From NCBI RefSeq assembly GCF_022045235.1, contig NW_027266266.1:23436001-23500000 (forward strand): a stretch of 64,000 bases of DNA, written 5' to 3'. Below the pieces are notes generated by a model that worked only from the letters and a program-made list of their open reading frames with translations, searched no databases and was not told where the DNA came from. The number at the start of each line of letters is the position of its first letter. Within the stretch, counting starts at the first letter, position 1. A program made the translations under genes and the position numbers. This stretch comes from Haliotis cracherodii (Eukaryota). This document shows positions 10,015-22,807 of the stretch, one piece after another.

Positions 10015-11100
10015 TATATATATGTATTGATAATTCCTTGCGCGGCCGTCAATCTGACGTATTATATGCATGTGTATATATCTATCCTGAGGGATCTAGC
10101 TCGTATTACATTTTATCATATAATGGGTAGGTTTCTCGGCAGGATAAAGCCAACGGATAAAAACGATATCCGTTGGGGTCATATGCGGATAGAGATGCAA
10201 ATATCAAAGGTCAAGTAGGGACTTATTTTCACTGTAAATATACAAACATGGCGTCGTCCTTGTCATTCGGCGATCGAGTCAGAATTAACCATCGGGAATC
10301 GGGATAAACTACAGGGATAATTGTTATCATTATCAAAAGAACAGTCTAATATACTGAAAATCAGTGTCTAACTGTAATGTAGCTAAGGCATTTTATAAGT
10401 TTTGGCAACTTTGGAGATATAAATTTCGCGAACAATTTTGCGAGGGCACATCTGTGTTTATAGACCTCTGCGGCTTGAAACCTTCTCCTCAAATTAAAAT
10501 AGTGGGATTTGGCCGAAATATGTTTGAATTGTTACCTTGTTTCGTTTTGTCGCTTTGCGTACATCTGACTACACTTCTTAACTATGACAGGACAGACCGA
10601 CTGTCAACATCGTCTGACCGTGGCCGTGACGTCTCATAGACTAGGGTTAGAGTAGCTTCCCTTTGACAAAGGGCAGTTACTCTAGCGGACAGACCGATGG
10701 ATTGCCGCGAAAGGCAATTAAAAACAATAGTTGTTTTGAGTATATGTTGCTTTCGCCACTGTATAAGAAAGAGATTTCAGCTGTAACTATATTGGCTACT
10801 GTCACTGTCCGACTGACACATCACCCTGTGACGTAATAAATATTAATGCGCGCTTTCAAGGAAAACTCGCAATGTTTCGGTAATGTTTGTGAAAGAGGGA
10901 AAGCGATTTTAAAGCACAGAATTAAAGAATGACATTATATGATAAAGAGGTTATCACGCTTGTGTGTTTGGGGATGGTAAATATCCTGTATTAGGAATAA
11001 ATACTATGTATTTAGCTCGCCAAGGCTCGCTAAATACAATGTTTATTCCCAATGCAGGATATTTACCATCCCCAAACACACAAGCGTGATAACCTCTATT
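10015..11100. mobile_element. Unit-private non-coding insertion with palindromes (Crypton-like or MITE-like, unclassified)
   Basis: Absent from the other complete units. Contains a 152-bp hairpin (10946-11097) and an 18-bp-arm inverted repeat (10648-10684). 10112-10300 is duplicated at 4890-5077. Confidence 0.5.
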
Positions 11101-11109
11101 TATCTGTTG

Positions 11110-11330
11110 ATTGTTAAAATGGCATCACTATATTTCCAAACAGTTTGTTACACATTTTATCAGAATTAAGAGATGTTATTGTTATTTGTGGTGGAGACTT
11201 TAATGCCGCAACAGGAACGAAGTCTGATTTTGGAGAAGATGACATTGTTGAGCTTAAAACTACAACTCGGTTGTTTTTGTTGAACTTCTGTTCAAGATCT
11301 AGCCATCTTTCATCACCTTCAATGAAACAG
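11110..11330 (+). mobile_element. LINE APE-endonuclease fragment
   Basis: VIVICGGDFNAATG motif; its 3' part is shared with ~49995-50070 and ~56712-56790. Confidence 0.65.
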
Positions 11331-13133
11331 TGATAGATTGTGGCTTGTGAGACAAAATTGGTCATGTGATCCTGTAAGAGCCTGTTTTGTCTATGAATTA
11401 AACAGGTTTTATATTTACCGAATGAAATGTTTACTTTATTAGTCCTCGAAATTGGTGGCTACTTTCTTTGGCCTTTCAGTGCATTTTAGTAGGAGTTGAT
11501 ATAGCCTATTTATCTGATATACCCAGCGTTAGAAATTGGCACTAGTCCTGTGGTCCTTGCCAAACTGAAGAAGAGTTGGATTTTCATTTTGATGACAGTG
11601 AGTAGTGATAGTGCTTGCGGGGATGTGCACTACAAATGCTTGCGTTGATAGTACATGTTTGTATATGCATGGATTCAATGTAATCTGGACCCGTGAAGAT
11701 CCGGGGTAGAATAGGTCTTCAGCAACCCATGCTTTCCGTAAAAGGCGACTATGCTTGTCGTAAGAGGCGAATAACGAGATCGGGATCTCTTTGCTTGCCG
11801 ATGCATAGTAACGTAATGGTATCAAATGGATATCAAGTTTTGATAGTTGAAACGAAAAAACTAACACTGCAGGAAACGTTACAAATGCAGAGGATCATTT
11901 ACATTATACAGGAATATGTAAGGTAACATTTAATATCCATTGCGATGTACCCACCCGTGAAGATCCGGTGAAGAATAAGTCTTCAGCAAACCATGCTTGC
12001 CATAAAAGGCCACTGTGCTTTCGTAAAAGGCGACTAATGGGATCGAGTGGTCAGGATCGTTGATGCATGTCATCGTATCCCAATTTCGTGGATCGATGCT
12101 CACAGTATCAATCACTGGATGGTCTGGTCCAGACTCGATTATTTGCAGACGGCTGTCATATAGCTGGAATATTGCTGAGTGTGGCGTTAAACAACAAACA
12201 AACAAGCGTTCAAGAGGCAACTAACGAGGATCGGGTGGTCAAGATTGCTGACTTGGTTGATGCATGTCTTTGTATGCCAATTGCGTTGATCAATGCTCAT
12301 GATGTCAATGCTGACAAAGCTAGAAACATAATCGGGGCGAACCGGGAATCGAACCCACAATCATAGGTTTCTGGCGTGGCAAAGGGACGCAACTCTGCAC
12401 AGCGAATCGCGGCTCCTTAGGTGACTGGGCCCACCCAACTTTTAAGTTATGCTTATGGAACAATTCCTCTCAAACCTTGTGAATTTATAATACATCTACT
12501 ATGAATCCAAGAACGCAGAAACAGGAAAAATATGCCAATTGCGTTGATCGATGCTCATGATGTCAATCATTGGATTGTCTTGTCCAGACTCGATTATCAA
12601 CATACGTCATATAATACCGTACATCATATAGCTGGAATTTTGCTGAGTGCGGCGTTGAACAACAAACAAACAAAAAATTCTACAAAAACTATGTTTGGTC
12701 AATAAAATGTTAGATAGGACAATTGTCACTTGTGATGGCTATGACAGAAGCTTCAAGTTTTTCAAAGCAGAAACTATTGAGGTTGAACAGTGTTGAAAAT
12801 TTCCCATTTTATTTACTCTCGTAAACTGAAAATATACATTGATATCTGTGACCACATGGAAGTAAGCTGTATCACGCTGGCTTGAATATGATATCAAGTC
12901 ATGATCACACAAACCAGTGACTGAAAGCATGAGCAAGAATCTCTTGTGGCCAGCAATGGATACCAAGGACCTATATACTTTGTGGAATTCCTAGTTTCAT
13001 ACAGGGTTCATTTAGAATGGTGACAAACCTTCTTTAATGTAGATATTCCATTAGAAGTGTCATTATGGTCTGATCGCATTCTATTATTAAAGAAGTGTGA
13101 TTTAATAGTTACAGTCAGGCTTGGTTTGTCAAG

Positions 13134-13400
13134 TAGGGCTGGGACGGGTACCTGGGTCAGGTGGGTACTGAGTAGGATCCGGGTACCCACAGGAATACCC
13201 GGACCCGTGGTTAGTCACGTGATATATTGTTTCATGAAAAAATTATCTATGGTTACACTACAAGTCACTAATATTCGCATTTCTTTCTGAATATGAACCC
13301 ATTCCTTCTGATTTTTCATATGGTTGAATAAAGTTAAAACTTTAGTGTATAAATGACCAGATTGTTCAATACATGCATCTCATACATTTTGCCAGGGATA
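13134..13400. mobile_element. hAT-type MITE, right end deleted
   Basis: Left TIR tagggctgggacg follows ttgtcaag; the sequence jumps to tacctcatga at ~13401. Confidence 0.75.
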
Positions 13401-14881
13401 TACCTCATGATGTATTAACCTATTTGGTTATTAGATCTAACTTCGACTTACTGCCAGACAAGAACCAGAGTTCTGTAGCATCGTTTTAGGATGTTATTCA
13501 CGCTTTTGATAACATAGGAAGCACTAACATTGATAAAATGTAACAGCAAACAACAGTTTGAACAACAAAAACATTTATTTATACAACTGAAACCATATGG
13601 AAATAATTAACAAGACGAAAAGTTAATGACTCCAACAAAATATCCTGGAACTTGTTCCAAGGAAAGCTTTAAACATTGTTGCTGGAGGTGAAGACTCTTT
13701 TGACCACTCGGATGACACGGGACATCATGGCTCTCAGGAAGGACGGCTGGGAGGATTTGTGTTTCTTCCTCACTGCCTAAATCTCAAATAAGTCAGTCTC
13801 AAGTTAGTGTCAACCATATTATTGTCATGACCATCACAAAGATTGTATCAATTTATTTATGACTTATGAAAGCTAGGAAATAATTAGCAAGGAAGAAATA
13901 TTTCCTATATATTTCCGAATTGTATTTGAATAGTACAGTACACAAATTATTATCAAAATTATCCTATAAACTGTAATTAGTTCTGCAGATATACAGTATA
14001 CCAGTATATTATTGACATGTTTCACCTTATTCAATTCAATGTTTTGGTAAGAAATCATTTGGGAACTTCATAGCATGCTGTTACCGAGCAACCATAATAA
14101 CATGGCCTGTGATGTTCCACAAAATCAGCATCAAGAGCACATTAAATCCATTTTTGTTTCAAGACCAGGGAGACAGGTGCTGAAAATCATGTCCAGGTCT
14201 TATGGCCCATAGTCTACTGAGTTAGGACTTCTCTTCAAAAACTTTCCTGATACATCCCTATTCATGTTCTTACCATCCCTCTTTTAAACACAATGTTCGA
14301 AGTTTTTTCGGGGAAATAATTGTCCTCAAATAAAGTACTGAGCTCGCATTATATTTTTTTTTATTCCATATATATACTAGCATATATAAACACTCGGATT
14401 ATAAATCTTTGAGGGGTTATTATTGACTGTTCTATGAAATTTGATCATTTCAACTGGCAAATCTGAAAATAGATTGGCTGAAGAGTGGCACACCAGTTAG
14501 TGTTCGCTTGTCACACCCTGACCAAGGTTCGATTTCTAACATGAGTAATTTGTGAAACCTATTATTGGACTACGATATCTAACTATTGCATACGATATTC
14601 GCCAAGTTGTCACAGACCTAAGGAGATCTACAAATGTAGAATCAGAATGCAGAATTGTGTAATGTGACTCGTAGCTTTAGGTTATGTTTGAGTTTTTTCC
14701 ATACGTAAGGCGGCTCCTACACTAATAAAAGAATAAAGCAACCAACAACAATTTAAACAACAACAAAATTTACTCATCATCCTAATGAAAGAACAACCAA
14801 ATGGGAATGATAACTAATTTGCCAAAGTGTCCATACAAAAAAAGGAAAGGTGACTTCTCAGATTGTTACAAAAATGTCACT

Positions 14882-15826
14882 TTAAGCGTCGTTTTTGTTG
14901 GAGGTGAAGACTCTCTTGATCAGACTGATGAAGCGGGACAGCAAGGCTCTCAGGAAGGACTGGGGTGGGAGGGGTTGTGGGTCTTCCTCACGGCCGAGAT
15001 CGATCTCCACAAAGTCGGTGTCAACCATAATGACGTGGCCGGTGATGTTGACAGAAACAGAGACAGGGGCTGGGTCGGGGACAGAGGTGTAGGAGGTGGG
15101 GAGGGTGGACAGGGGTTCAGGGTGGTACACACAAGGACGCTGGTGGGGAGAGAAGTGGAAAGAGAAAAATGATGAGACAAACGTGATACTGAAACTAGTG
15201 ATAGGTAGGGTGCGGTGTATCTTTAGTTGGAACATACAGTAGGTTATGGAACATCAACACTTTGACACACTGAGATTTAGACAAGGATCTGTTGTAAAAG
15301 TTGGTTATATTCCACAACCCTAGCACACCTACTCGACGTGGGACAGGAGTGGCAGCAGGGGTGAAAGCCGGGTGAAACATCCTCTCTGTGTTGGGGAGAA
15401 GTGAAAATAAAAAAAACATGTACTCTTGTTTACACTGTAAAGTCATTAAAAACGTAAGCTTGTAAGTATATACCATATACCGGTAGGTCTATATATATCT
15501 ATACACGTTCGTGTCAGTTGTATTTATTTATTTCGTTCTATTTGTTTATGTGCTTTTCACCTGGGGCAGGACAAAATCACTCTTTATGTAAGCATTGGCC
15601 ATTGAAGAAATTGAAGTACATAGAAGAAATATAAAATGCGAGGAAACGGTTTTAGTATATCTTGAGAAACGTTGAAGTACGTTGATATTTCTATAGGCCT
15701 TGTTATAGACCTTAGTGATGAGACTTTGGCATCAACCCGCTAGCCGATTATACAACCACACGGTGAAACGTAATCATCATGAAACTATGACAAATTGGTA
15801 CCTTGAACACAGCTACTTGACTGCAT
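14882..15826 (-). CDS. Array gene copy 2 (exons 15802-15826, 15333-15385, 14882-15139)
   Basis: Same splice sites and open frame; one T>P change. Confidence 0.7.
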
Positions 15827-17630
15827 GTTTAAAAAACTCAAGCGATGCTCAAAATCCAAGGCAGGTTGTAGATTGAGAACAAAGAGACAGCAGATGCGGC
15901 AACATAAAATGGCGTCGTTTTGCTGATATCGGTAGCTTGGCAACGATCGGCACTAACGGAAGGGAGATAACTCTCAGTTTCAAAGTATAAGTTAATACCG
16001 CTAAATTGATGTGGGGTTACGTTTATCTAATATTCTATGACTAATTAATTCATAGTCGAATTAATATATGAGTGTCCACTTTAGGATTTGTGAACAGGAA
16101 AAGGATACAATTATTGAATCTTTTTTTCGTGTATTCTTTTTGGAAATGTTGGGGTGCTAGATGAATACAAACGGTTATAGGGCGGGATGTTTTCCCTATA
16201 TAGGATTGTCCAGTTACAGTCAATTTTATAAACTACCCCTTTAGGTTCTTGGCGTTTAGTTGTGTTTCTGTCGTTGTCCCTTCTTAGAGAATTGAGGGGG
16301 GTTGATCTTGCGAAGTCGGGGTCAATATTGGGGTTGAAGGAGGCGGCTGATGATATGGGGCAATCCTATGTAGGTGAAACATCCCGCCCAATGAACACCA
16401 GAATCAAAGAGCACAAAACTTCAACCATCAAATCCGAGAGTAAATCAGCCATTCGGACCATATCAGCAACTGCCCTAATCACAACATGAACCGCCCAAAT
16501 CCTCTCCAACAACTCCAGGACTTCACAAAAAGCAATCAAAGAGAAGCAGTCCATATTCGCCGCCACAACCATCAATCAACAGAGATCAAGGCCATTTCAT
16601 CCTATCCGCCTACTGTGAACTCATCAAGCAATAGCGATCCCTCCTATGTATACTTATCCTGTTTAATTGGCTTCCTGATCATGTGTATTATTTAACTTAC
16701 TCATGTTTATCTCTTTCATGTATGCAATTGTTTGTTACTGTTAATCCTCCACCTTCTATATATATTTCGTACCATGTTCATTATTCAGCCTTGCTTGACA
16801 ACGGCATAAGGATCTATACCGAAACGTCGATGTTACAGTAAAATAAAGAAGTTGTTATCCATAAATTGTGTGTACATTGTCATCCGTCAACTTCTAAGTG
16901 AGTGAGTGAGTGAGTGAGTGAGTGAGTGAGTGAGTGAGTGTGAGTTGGGTTTAACGCAGCTTTTAACAGTATTCAAGTTATATCGCGGCATGTCAGCTTA
17001 ACGTGGGAGGAAAGCCCGAAGAGATGCAGGTCTCAGGCGTTTACCACTTCGGTGAAACCCACGAGCACGGGTATGGTGCTGACAAACCTAGAAAAATAAT
17101 CGGGGCGAACCGGGATTCGAACCCACAATCATAGGTTTCTGGCGTGCCAAAGGGACGCAACTCTGCACAGCGAATCGCGGCTCCTTAGGCGACTGGGCCC
17201 ACCCAACTTTTAAGTTATGCTTATCGAACAATTCCCTCAAAACCTTGTGAATTTATGATACATCTACTATGAATCCAAGAACGCAGAAACAGGAAAAATA
17301 TGCCAATTGCGTTGATCGATGCTCATGATGTCAATCACTGGATTGTCTTGTCCAGACTCAATTTTTAACATACGTCATATAATACCGTACATCATATAGC
17401 TGGAATTTTGCTGAGTGCGGCGTTAAACAACAAACAAACAAAAAATTCTACAAAAACTATGTTTGGTCAATAAAATGTTAGATAGGACAATTGTCACTTG
17501 TGATAGCTATGACAGAAGCTTCAAGTTTTTCAAAGCAGAAACTATTGAGGTTGAACAGTGTTGCAAATTTCCCATTTTATTTACTCTCGTAAACTGAAAA
17601 TATACATTGATATCTGTGACCACACGGAAG

Positions 17631-20193
17631 TATCATGGAACTGTTCTGGGTGAACAATACCTTCCAAATGACGTGCTGTTTTTCTTGGGGAATTAGTCAG
17701 CAAAGAGCCAGAGTCACAGGAGACTAATCACAATTTTATTTACAAGAACAATTAACAATTTACAATATAATTAGATAATAACTGAGGGTGCCACAGAGAG
17801 TTGGTACACACTCTGGGCTGTGGGAGAGAGGTCTGCTTGGTAAGAGAGTCAAACCCCTTCTCTCCTCTCTCAATCTCTCTGGACCAAGGCTTAATAAGCC
17901 AAGGTCACCTGACATTTAGTAAGTAATAAATATAAATGTAAACAGTAAATCATCAGTGACATACTTGCACATCCTGTTCAGGATGGCAGACGGTCGATGT
18001 ACACAAAAATGGTGATTAACAAATAGGATTAGCATCTAATAAATAACAGCAATTAAGTGTTTCAAGGCATATAGATGTCATGGCTCCAGGGTAATGAGCC
18101 TTTGCAATCAAATGTTCTTCAGACAATGGATGTTGTAAATCAGTCGCTATGACAACTTCCCTCCGTTACGTGAAGCTTTGACCCCAAGCTTACATGAGTC
18201 CAAATTGATATGAGTGAACTTTTTCACAAACGAAAACGACCATGCAAATGTGAACAAAATCAGTTACATGAAATCCTTATGCAACAAATATATCTATGCA
18301 ATGGCGGTATGAAAGTGATCATCTAGCCAATTTGAATTAGTGCCAGTTTGAAAACTAACCAAGTGATCTTTGTAATGTGTAATTTCACTACAAGGTAATT
18401 ACTGCTTTGCACAGATTCAATAAATATATCACTGAAGGTTCTTTGAATTCAGGAGTCTGGCTTGGCGGTGCGACTCAGTACCGAATAATGATAATGAAGA
18501 ATGTCATAAAAAGTACAAATTAAACATCTGAGCAAATATTTCGCATAAAGAAATTTGAAACCAGGAGTCTAGCTTTACCGCGTGACTCAAACGGTACTTG
18601 TGGGTACTATTGCCCTTTTAAGTACAATGGGTGCTCTTCCCGTGTCTTTGACGGAGTTTGCCCAGATATTGTGGGTGCGATGCCCAAGAAAAAAAATCCT
18701 TAATTCCGACATCAAAATTCTGAAATGCTGAATACTGCTGTGCTGTTAATTACTTAATACTGACATACAATAAACATATGTGTAGGGGTGGCTCACCCAA
18801 GAATATCCCTAAACTGAATTCAAAGTCCTAGACAATACATTCAATTTTGTACCAAACTGTGCACATTAATTACTTGTAACAAATGACAAATTTTGTCGTT
18901 TAGATTTTTGAAATTACGAGTCGAGCTTTAAGGTGTGACTCGATAACCCTTACAGCTTAGGTTTGTCTGGGCCTTAGCTGCAACTTTATGTCTGGCGTGG
19001 CCTGGAGACATTTCAAAGATTCCCTACACAATAACTTCAAAGATCTAGCTTGACTAAAGATGTAATTTGGAGTATATTGCACATATACAAAACTGAATTT
19101 TGTAAAGACACATTTTGGCATTAATATACTGGCTTTGATTAAACATACCTGGTTGCACTATTCAACAGTCACACAATATATATCCTTGATTGAGTCCATG
19201 TAAGTAAACACAAATTAGTAAGTCCCAAATGAGATATCTTGTACACAGTGTCCATCTTGTAGGTGCCTGTGAGGCGGTTTCTGTATTGTGCAGGGTCTGC
19301 ATGAAGATGGCTGTGGTCGAGTCTCCTTCGGATAGGCGTGTATATTTCTTTTCTTAGGTCATGTGCAGGAACGACATCTTGAAGGGGAAGTCTTAGCAGT
19401 GTTACTAAGATATTCGAGCAGGGAATGTTTGGGATCGGAGAACTTGTTCTTGATCAGAGAGGTTCTTGTTCTTTCTTCAATCTTGTTAAAGGCCATTTCT
19501 TTGTTCTTGGTGATTGGCCGTCAGGAAGGTAGTATATCCTTTTAATAAGAGACCGTCACTTCCTACAGTTTTGTGAACCACATGCCATGCTGCAAAGAGG
19601 TACAGGAAAGGACAGACTAAGAAGTCTGTCATACCCGGATTTTCCACCAAATTATCAACGCGTGTCGGTCCGACGTTGTTTAATGAACAATTTGCATACT
19701 CGTATATGCAAGGGGCCGACATATGGTTCTCAGTAGGAAGTGACAACTTGGTGACGATGACTTGCGATATATACAGTTTTACTTTATACGTGTAGATATA
19801 TACATACAAAAGACACTATGTGCCTGGTCAGCACATAGTGGTAGTGATTGTTGTCTAGGTGCCCCGGAGCACCCAGCCTAACCCTAGCTAGGCTAAGGGT
19901 AAGACCTTTCTTTCTCCTTCTCTCCTCTGTCAATCTCTCTGGACCAAGGCTTAATTAGCCAAGGTCACCTGACATTTACTAAGTAATAAATATAAATGTA
20001 AACAGTAAATCATCAGTGACATACTTGCACATCCTGTGTACACAAAAATGGTGATTAACAAATAGGATTAGCATCTAATAAATAACAGCAATTAAGTGTT
20101 TCAAGGCATATAGATGTCATGGCTCCAGGGTAATGAGCCTTTGCAATCAAATGTTCTTCAGACAATGGATGTTGTAAATCAGTCGCTATGACA
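17631..20193 (-). mobile_element. Internally deleted LTR retrotransposon (Gypsy-like 4-bp TSD GAAG)
   Basis: The empty site cacacggaagtaagc is seen in the other units; here gaag|tatcatgg...ctatgaca|gaag. LTR 17631-18154 and partial LTR ~19912-20193 are near-identical. A PPT (minus strand ggagggaagt) lies at 18155-18164. No gag/pol motifs recognised. Confidence 0.85.
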
Positions 20194-20468
20194 GAAGTAA
20201 GCTGTATCACGCCGGCTTGAATATGATATCAAGACATGATCACACAAACCAGTGACTGAAAACATGAGCAAGAATCTCTTGTGGCCAGCAATGGATACCA
20301 AGGACCTATATACTCTGTGGAATTCCTAGTTTCCTACAGGGTTCATTTGGAATGGCGACAAACCTTCTTTAATGAAGATATTCCATTAGAAGTGTCATTA
20401 TAGTCTGGTCGCATTCTATTAATAAAGAACTGTGATTCAATAGTTACAGTCAGGCTTGGTTTGTCAAG

Positions 20469-20843
20469 TAGGGCTGGGACGGGTACCGAGTAGGATCCGG
20501 GTACACACAGGACTACCCGGACCCGTGGTTAGTCACGTGATATATTGTTTCATGAAAAAATTATCTATGGTTACACTACAAGTCACTGATGTTCGCATTT
20601 CTTTCTGAATATGAACCCATTCCTTCTGATTTTTCATATGGTTGAATAAAGTTAAAACTTTAGTGTATGAATGACCAGATTGTTCAATACATGTATCTTA
20701 ATACGTTTTGCCAGGGATATGCTGAAAATGTTCTGATTCGGACATTTTGTGACATCTCCTGAGACTTACAGTGGGTACGCGGGTAGTGTCGGGTTATAGG
20801 GGGTGGGTACCCGGGTAGTAGATTTGGACTCGTCCCAGCCCTA
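20469..20843. mobile_element. hAT-type MITE with TIR TAGGGCTGGGACG and perfect 8-bp TSD ttgtcaag
   Basis: TSD at 20461-20468 and 20844-20851; empty sites at ~5970, ~51885 and ~62265. Confidence 0.9.
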
Positions 20844-22310
20844 TTGTCAAGCACTTTACTCATTTCAAAATCATCCCTGTCCTCAGAGGCGGAATTCATT
20901 CTTGATGTTATTTCATAAAAAAACGTCAATGATTGTGCATAGAAATAAAAAAGACGCGCTAATCTATACCTCATGATGTATTAACCTATTTGGTTATTAG
21001 ATCTAACTTAGACTTACTGCCAGACAAGAACCAGAGTTCTGTAGCATCGTTTTAGGATGTTATTCACGCTTTTGATAACTTAGGAAGCACTAACATTGAT
21101 CAAATATAACAGCAAACAACAGTTTGAACAACAAAAACATTTATTTATACAACTGAAACCATATGGAAATAATTAACAAGACGAAAGGTTAATGACTCCA
21201 ACAAAATATCCTGGAACTTGTTCCAAGGAAAACTTTAAACGTTGGTGCTGGAGGTGAAGACTCTTTTGACCACTCGGATGACACGGGACATCATGGCTCT
21301 CAGGAAGGACGGCTGGGAGGATTTGTGTTTCTTCCTCACTGCCAAAATCTCAAATAAGTCAGTCAAGTTAGTGTCAACCATATTATTGTCATGACCATCA
21401 CAAAGATTGTATCAATTTATTTATGACTTATGAAAGCTAGGAAATAATTAGCAAGGAAGAAATATTTCCTATATATTTCCGAATTGTATTTGAATGGTAC
21501 AGTACACAAATTATTATCAAACTTATCCTATAAACTGTAATTAGTTCTGTAGATATACAGTATACCAGTATATTATTGACATGTTTCACCTTATTCAATT
21601 CAATGTTTTGGTAAGAAATCGTTTGGGAACTTCATAGCATGCTGTTACCGAGCAACCATAATTACATGGCCTGTGATGTTCCACAAAATCAGCATCAAGA
21701 GCACATTAAATCCATTTTTGTTTCAAGACCAGGGAGACAGGTGCTGAAAATCATGTCCAAGTCTTATGGCCCATAGTCTACTGAGTTAGGACTTCTCTTC
21801 AAAAACTTTCCTGATACATCCCTATTCATGTTCTTACCATCCCTCTTTTAAACACAATGTTCGAAGTTTTTTCGGGGAAATAATGGTCCTCAAATAAATT
21901 ACTGAGCTCGCATTATATATTTTATTATTCCATATGTGTGTGTGTGTGTGTGTGTGAGTGTGTGTGTGTGTGTGTGTGTATTGTGGGGTTATTATTGAGT
22001 GTTCTATGAAATTTGATCATTTCAACTGGCAAAATCTGAAAACAGATTGGCTGAAGGGTGGCACAGCAGTTAGTGTTCGCTTGTCACACCCTGATCACAC
22101 GGTACGATTTCTAACATGAGTTATTTGTGAAACCTATTATTGGACTGCGATATTTAACTATTGCATACGATATTCGCCATGTTGTCACAGACCTAAGGAG
22201 ATCTACAAATGAAGAATCAGAATGCAGAATTGTGTAATGTGACTCGAAGCATTAGGTTATGTTTGAGTTTGTTCTATACATAAGGAGGCTCCTACACTAA
22301 TAATAGTGTG

Positions 22311-22807
22311 GACGTGGGACAGGAGTGGCAGCAGGGGTGAAAGCCGGGTGAAACATCCTCTCTGTGTGGGGGAGAAGTGAAAATAAATAAAACATGTACA
22401 TTCTTGTTTACACTGTAAAGTCATTAAAAACGTAAGCTTGTAAGTATATACCATATACCGGTAGGTCTATATATATCTACACACGTTCTTGTCAGTTGTA
22501 TTTATTTATTTCGTTCTATTTGTTTATGTGCTTTTCACCTGGGGCAGGACAAAATCACTATTTATCTAAGCATTGGCCATTGAAGAAATTGAAGTACACA
22601 GAAGAAATATAAAATGCGAGGAAACGGGTTTAGTATATCTTGAGAAACGTTGAAGTACGTCGAGATTTCTATAGGCCTTGTTATAGACCTTAGTGATGAG
22701 ACCTTGGCATCAACCTGACGCTAGCCGATTATACAACCACACGGTGAAACGTAATCATCATGAAACTATGACACATTGGTACCTTGAACACAGCTACTTG
22801 ACTGCAT
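22311..22807 (-). pseudogene. Array gene copy 3, truncated (exon 3 and intron 2 deleted)
   Basis: Junction aataatag-tgtg-gacgtggg at ~22306-22311 removes ~600 bp that other units have; exon 1 (22783-22807) and most of exon 2 remain. Confidence 0.75.

Noticed and set aside
14480-14590. Very degenerate tRNA-SINE-like head (tggcaca..gttag..ggttcgatttc) in each unit
   Set aside because: Too decayed to define boundaries or a TSD; not listed as a feature.
14801-15172. Plus-strand 123-aa Gly-rich ORF (MGMITNLPKCPY...) and the 65-aa overlapping ORFs, repeated in several units
   Set aside because: Antisense shadows of exon 3. The 123-aa ORF is broken by stops or frameshifts in copies 1, 6, 7 and 8, while the minus frame stays open.
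14882-15235. 117-aa unspliced ORF MFQLKIH... as the real protein
   Set aside because: Its N-terminus runs through intron 2 and its pyrimidine tract, and is disrupted in copies 1 and 9. The spliced model fits all copies.
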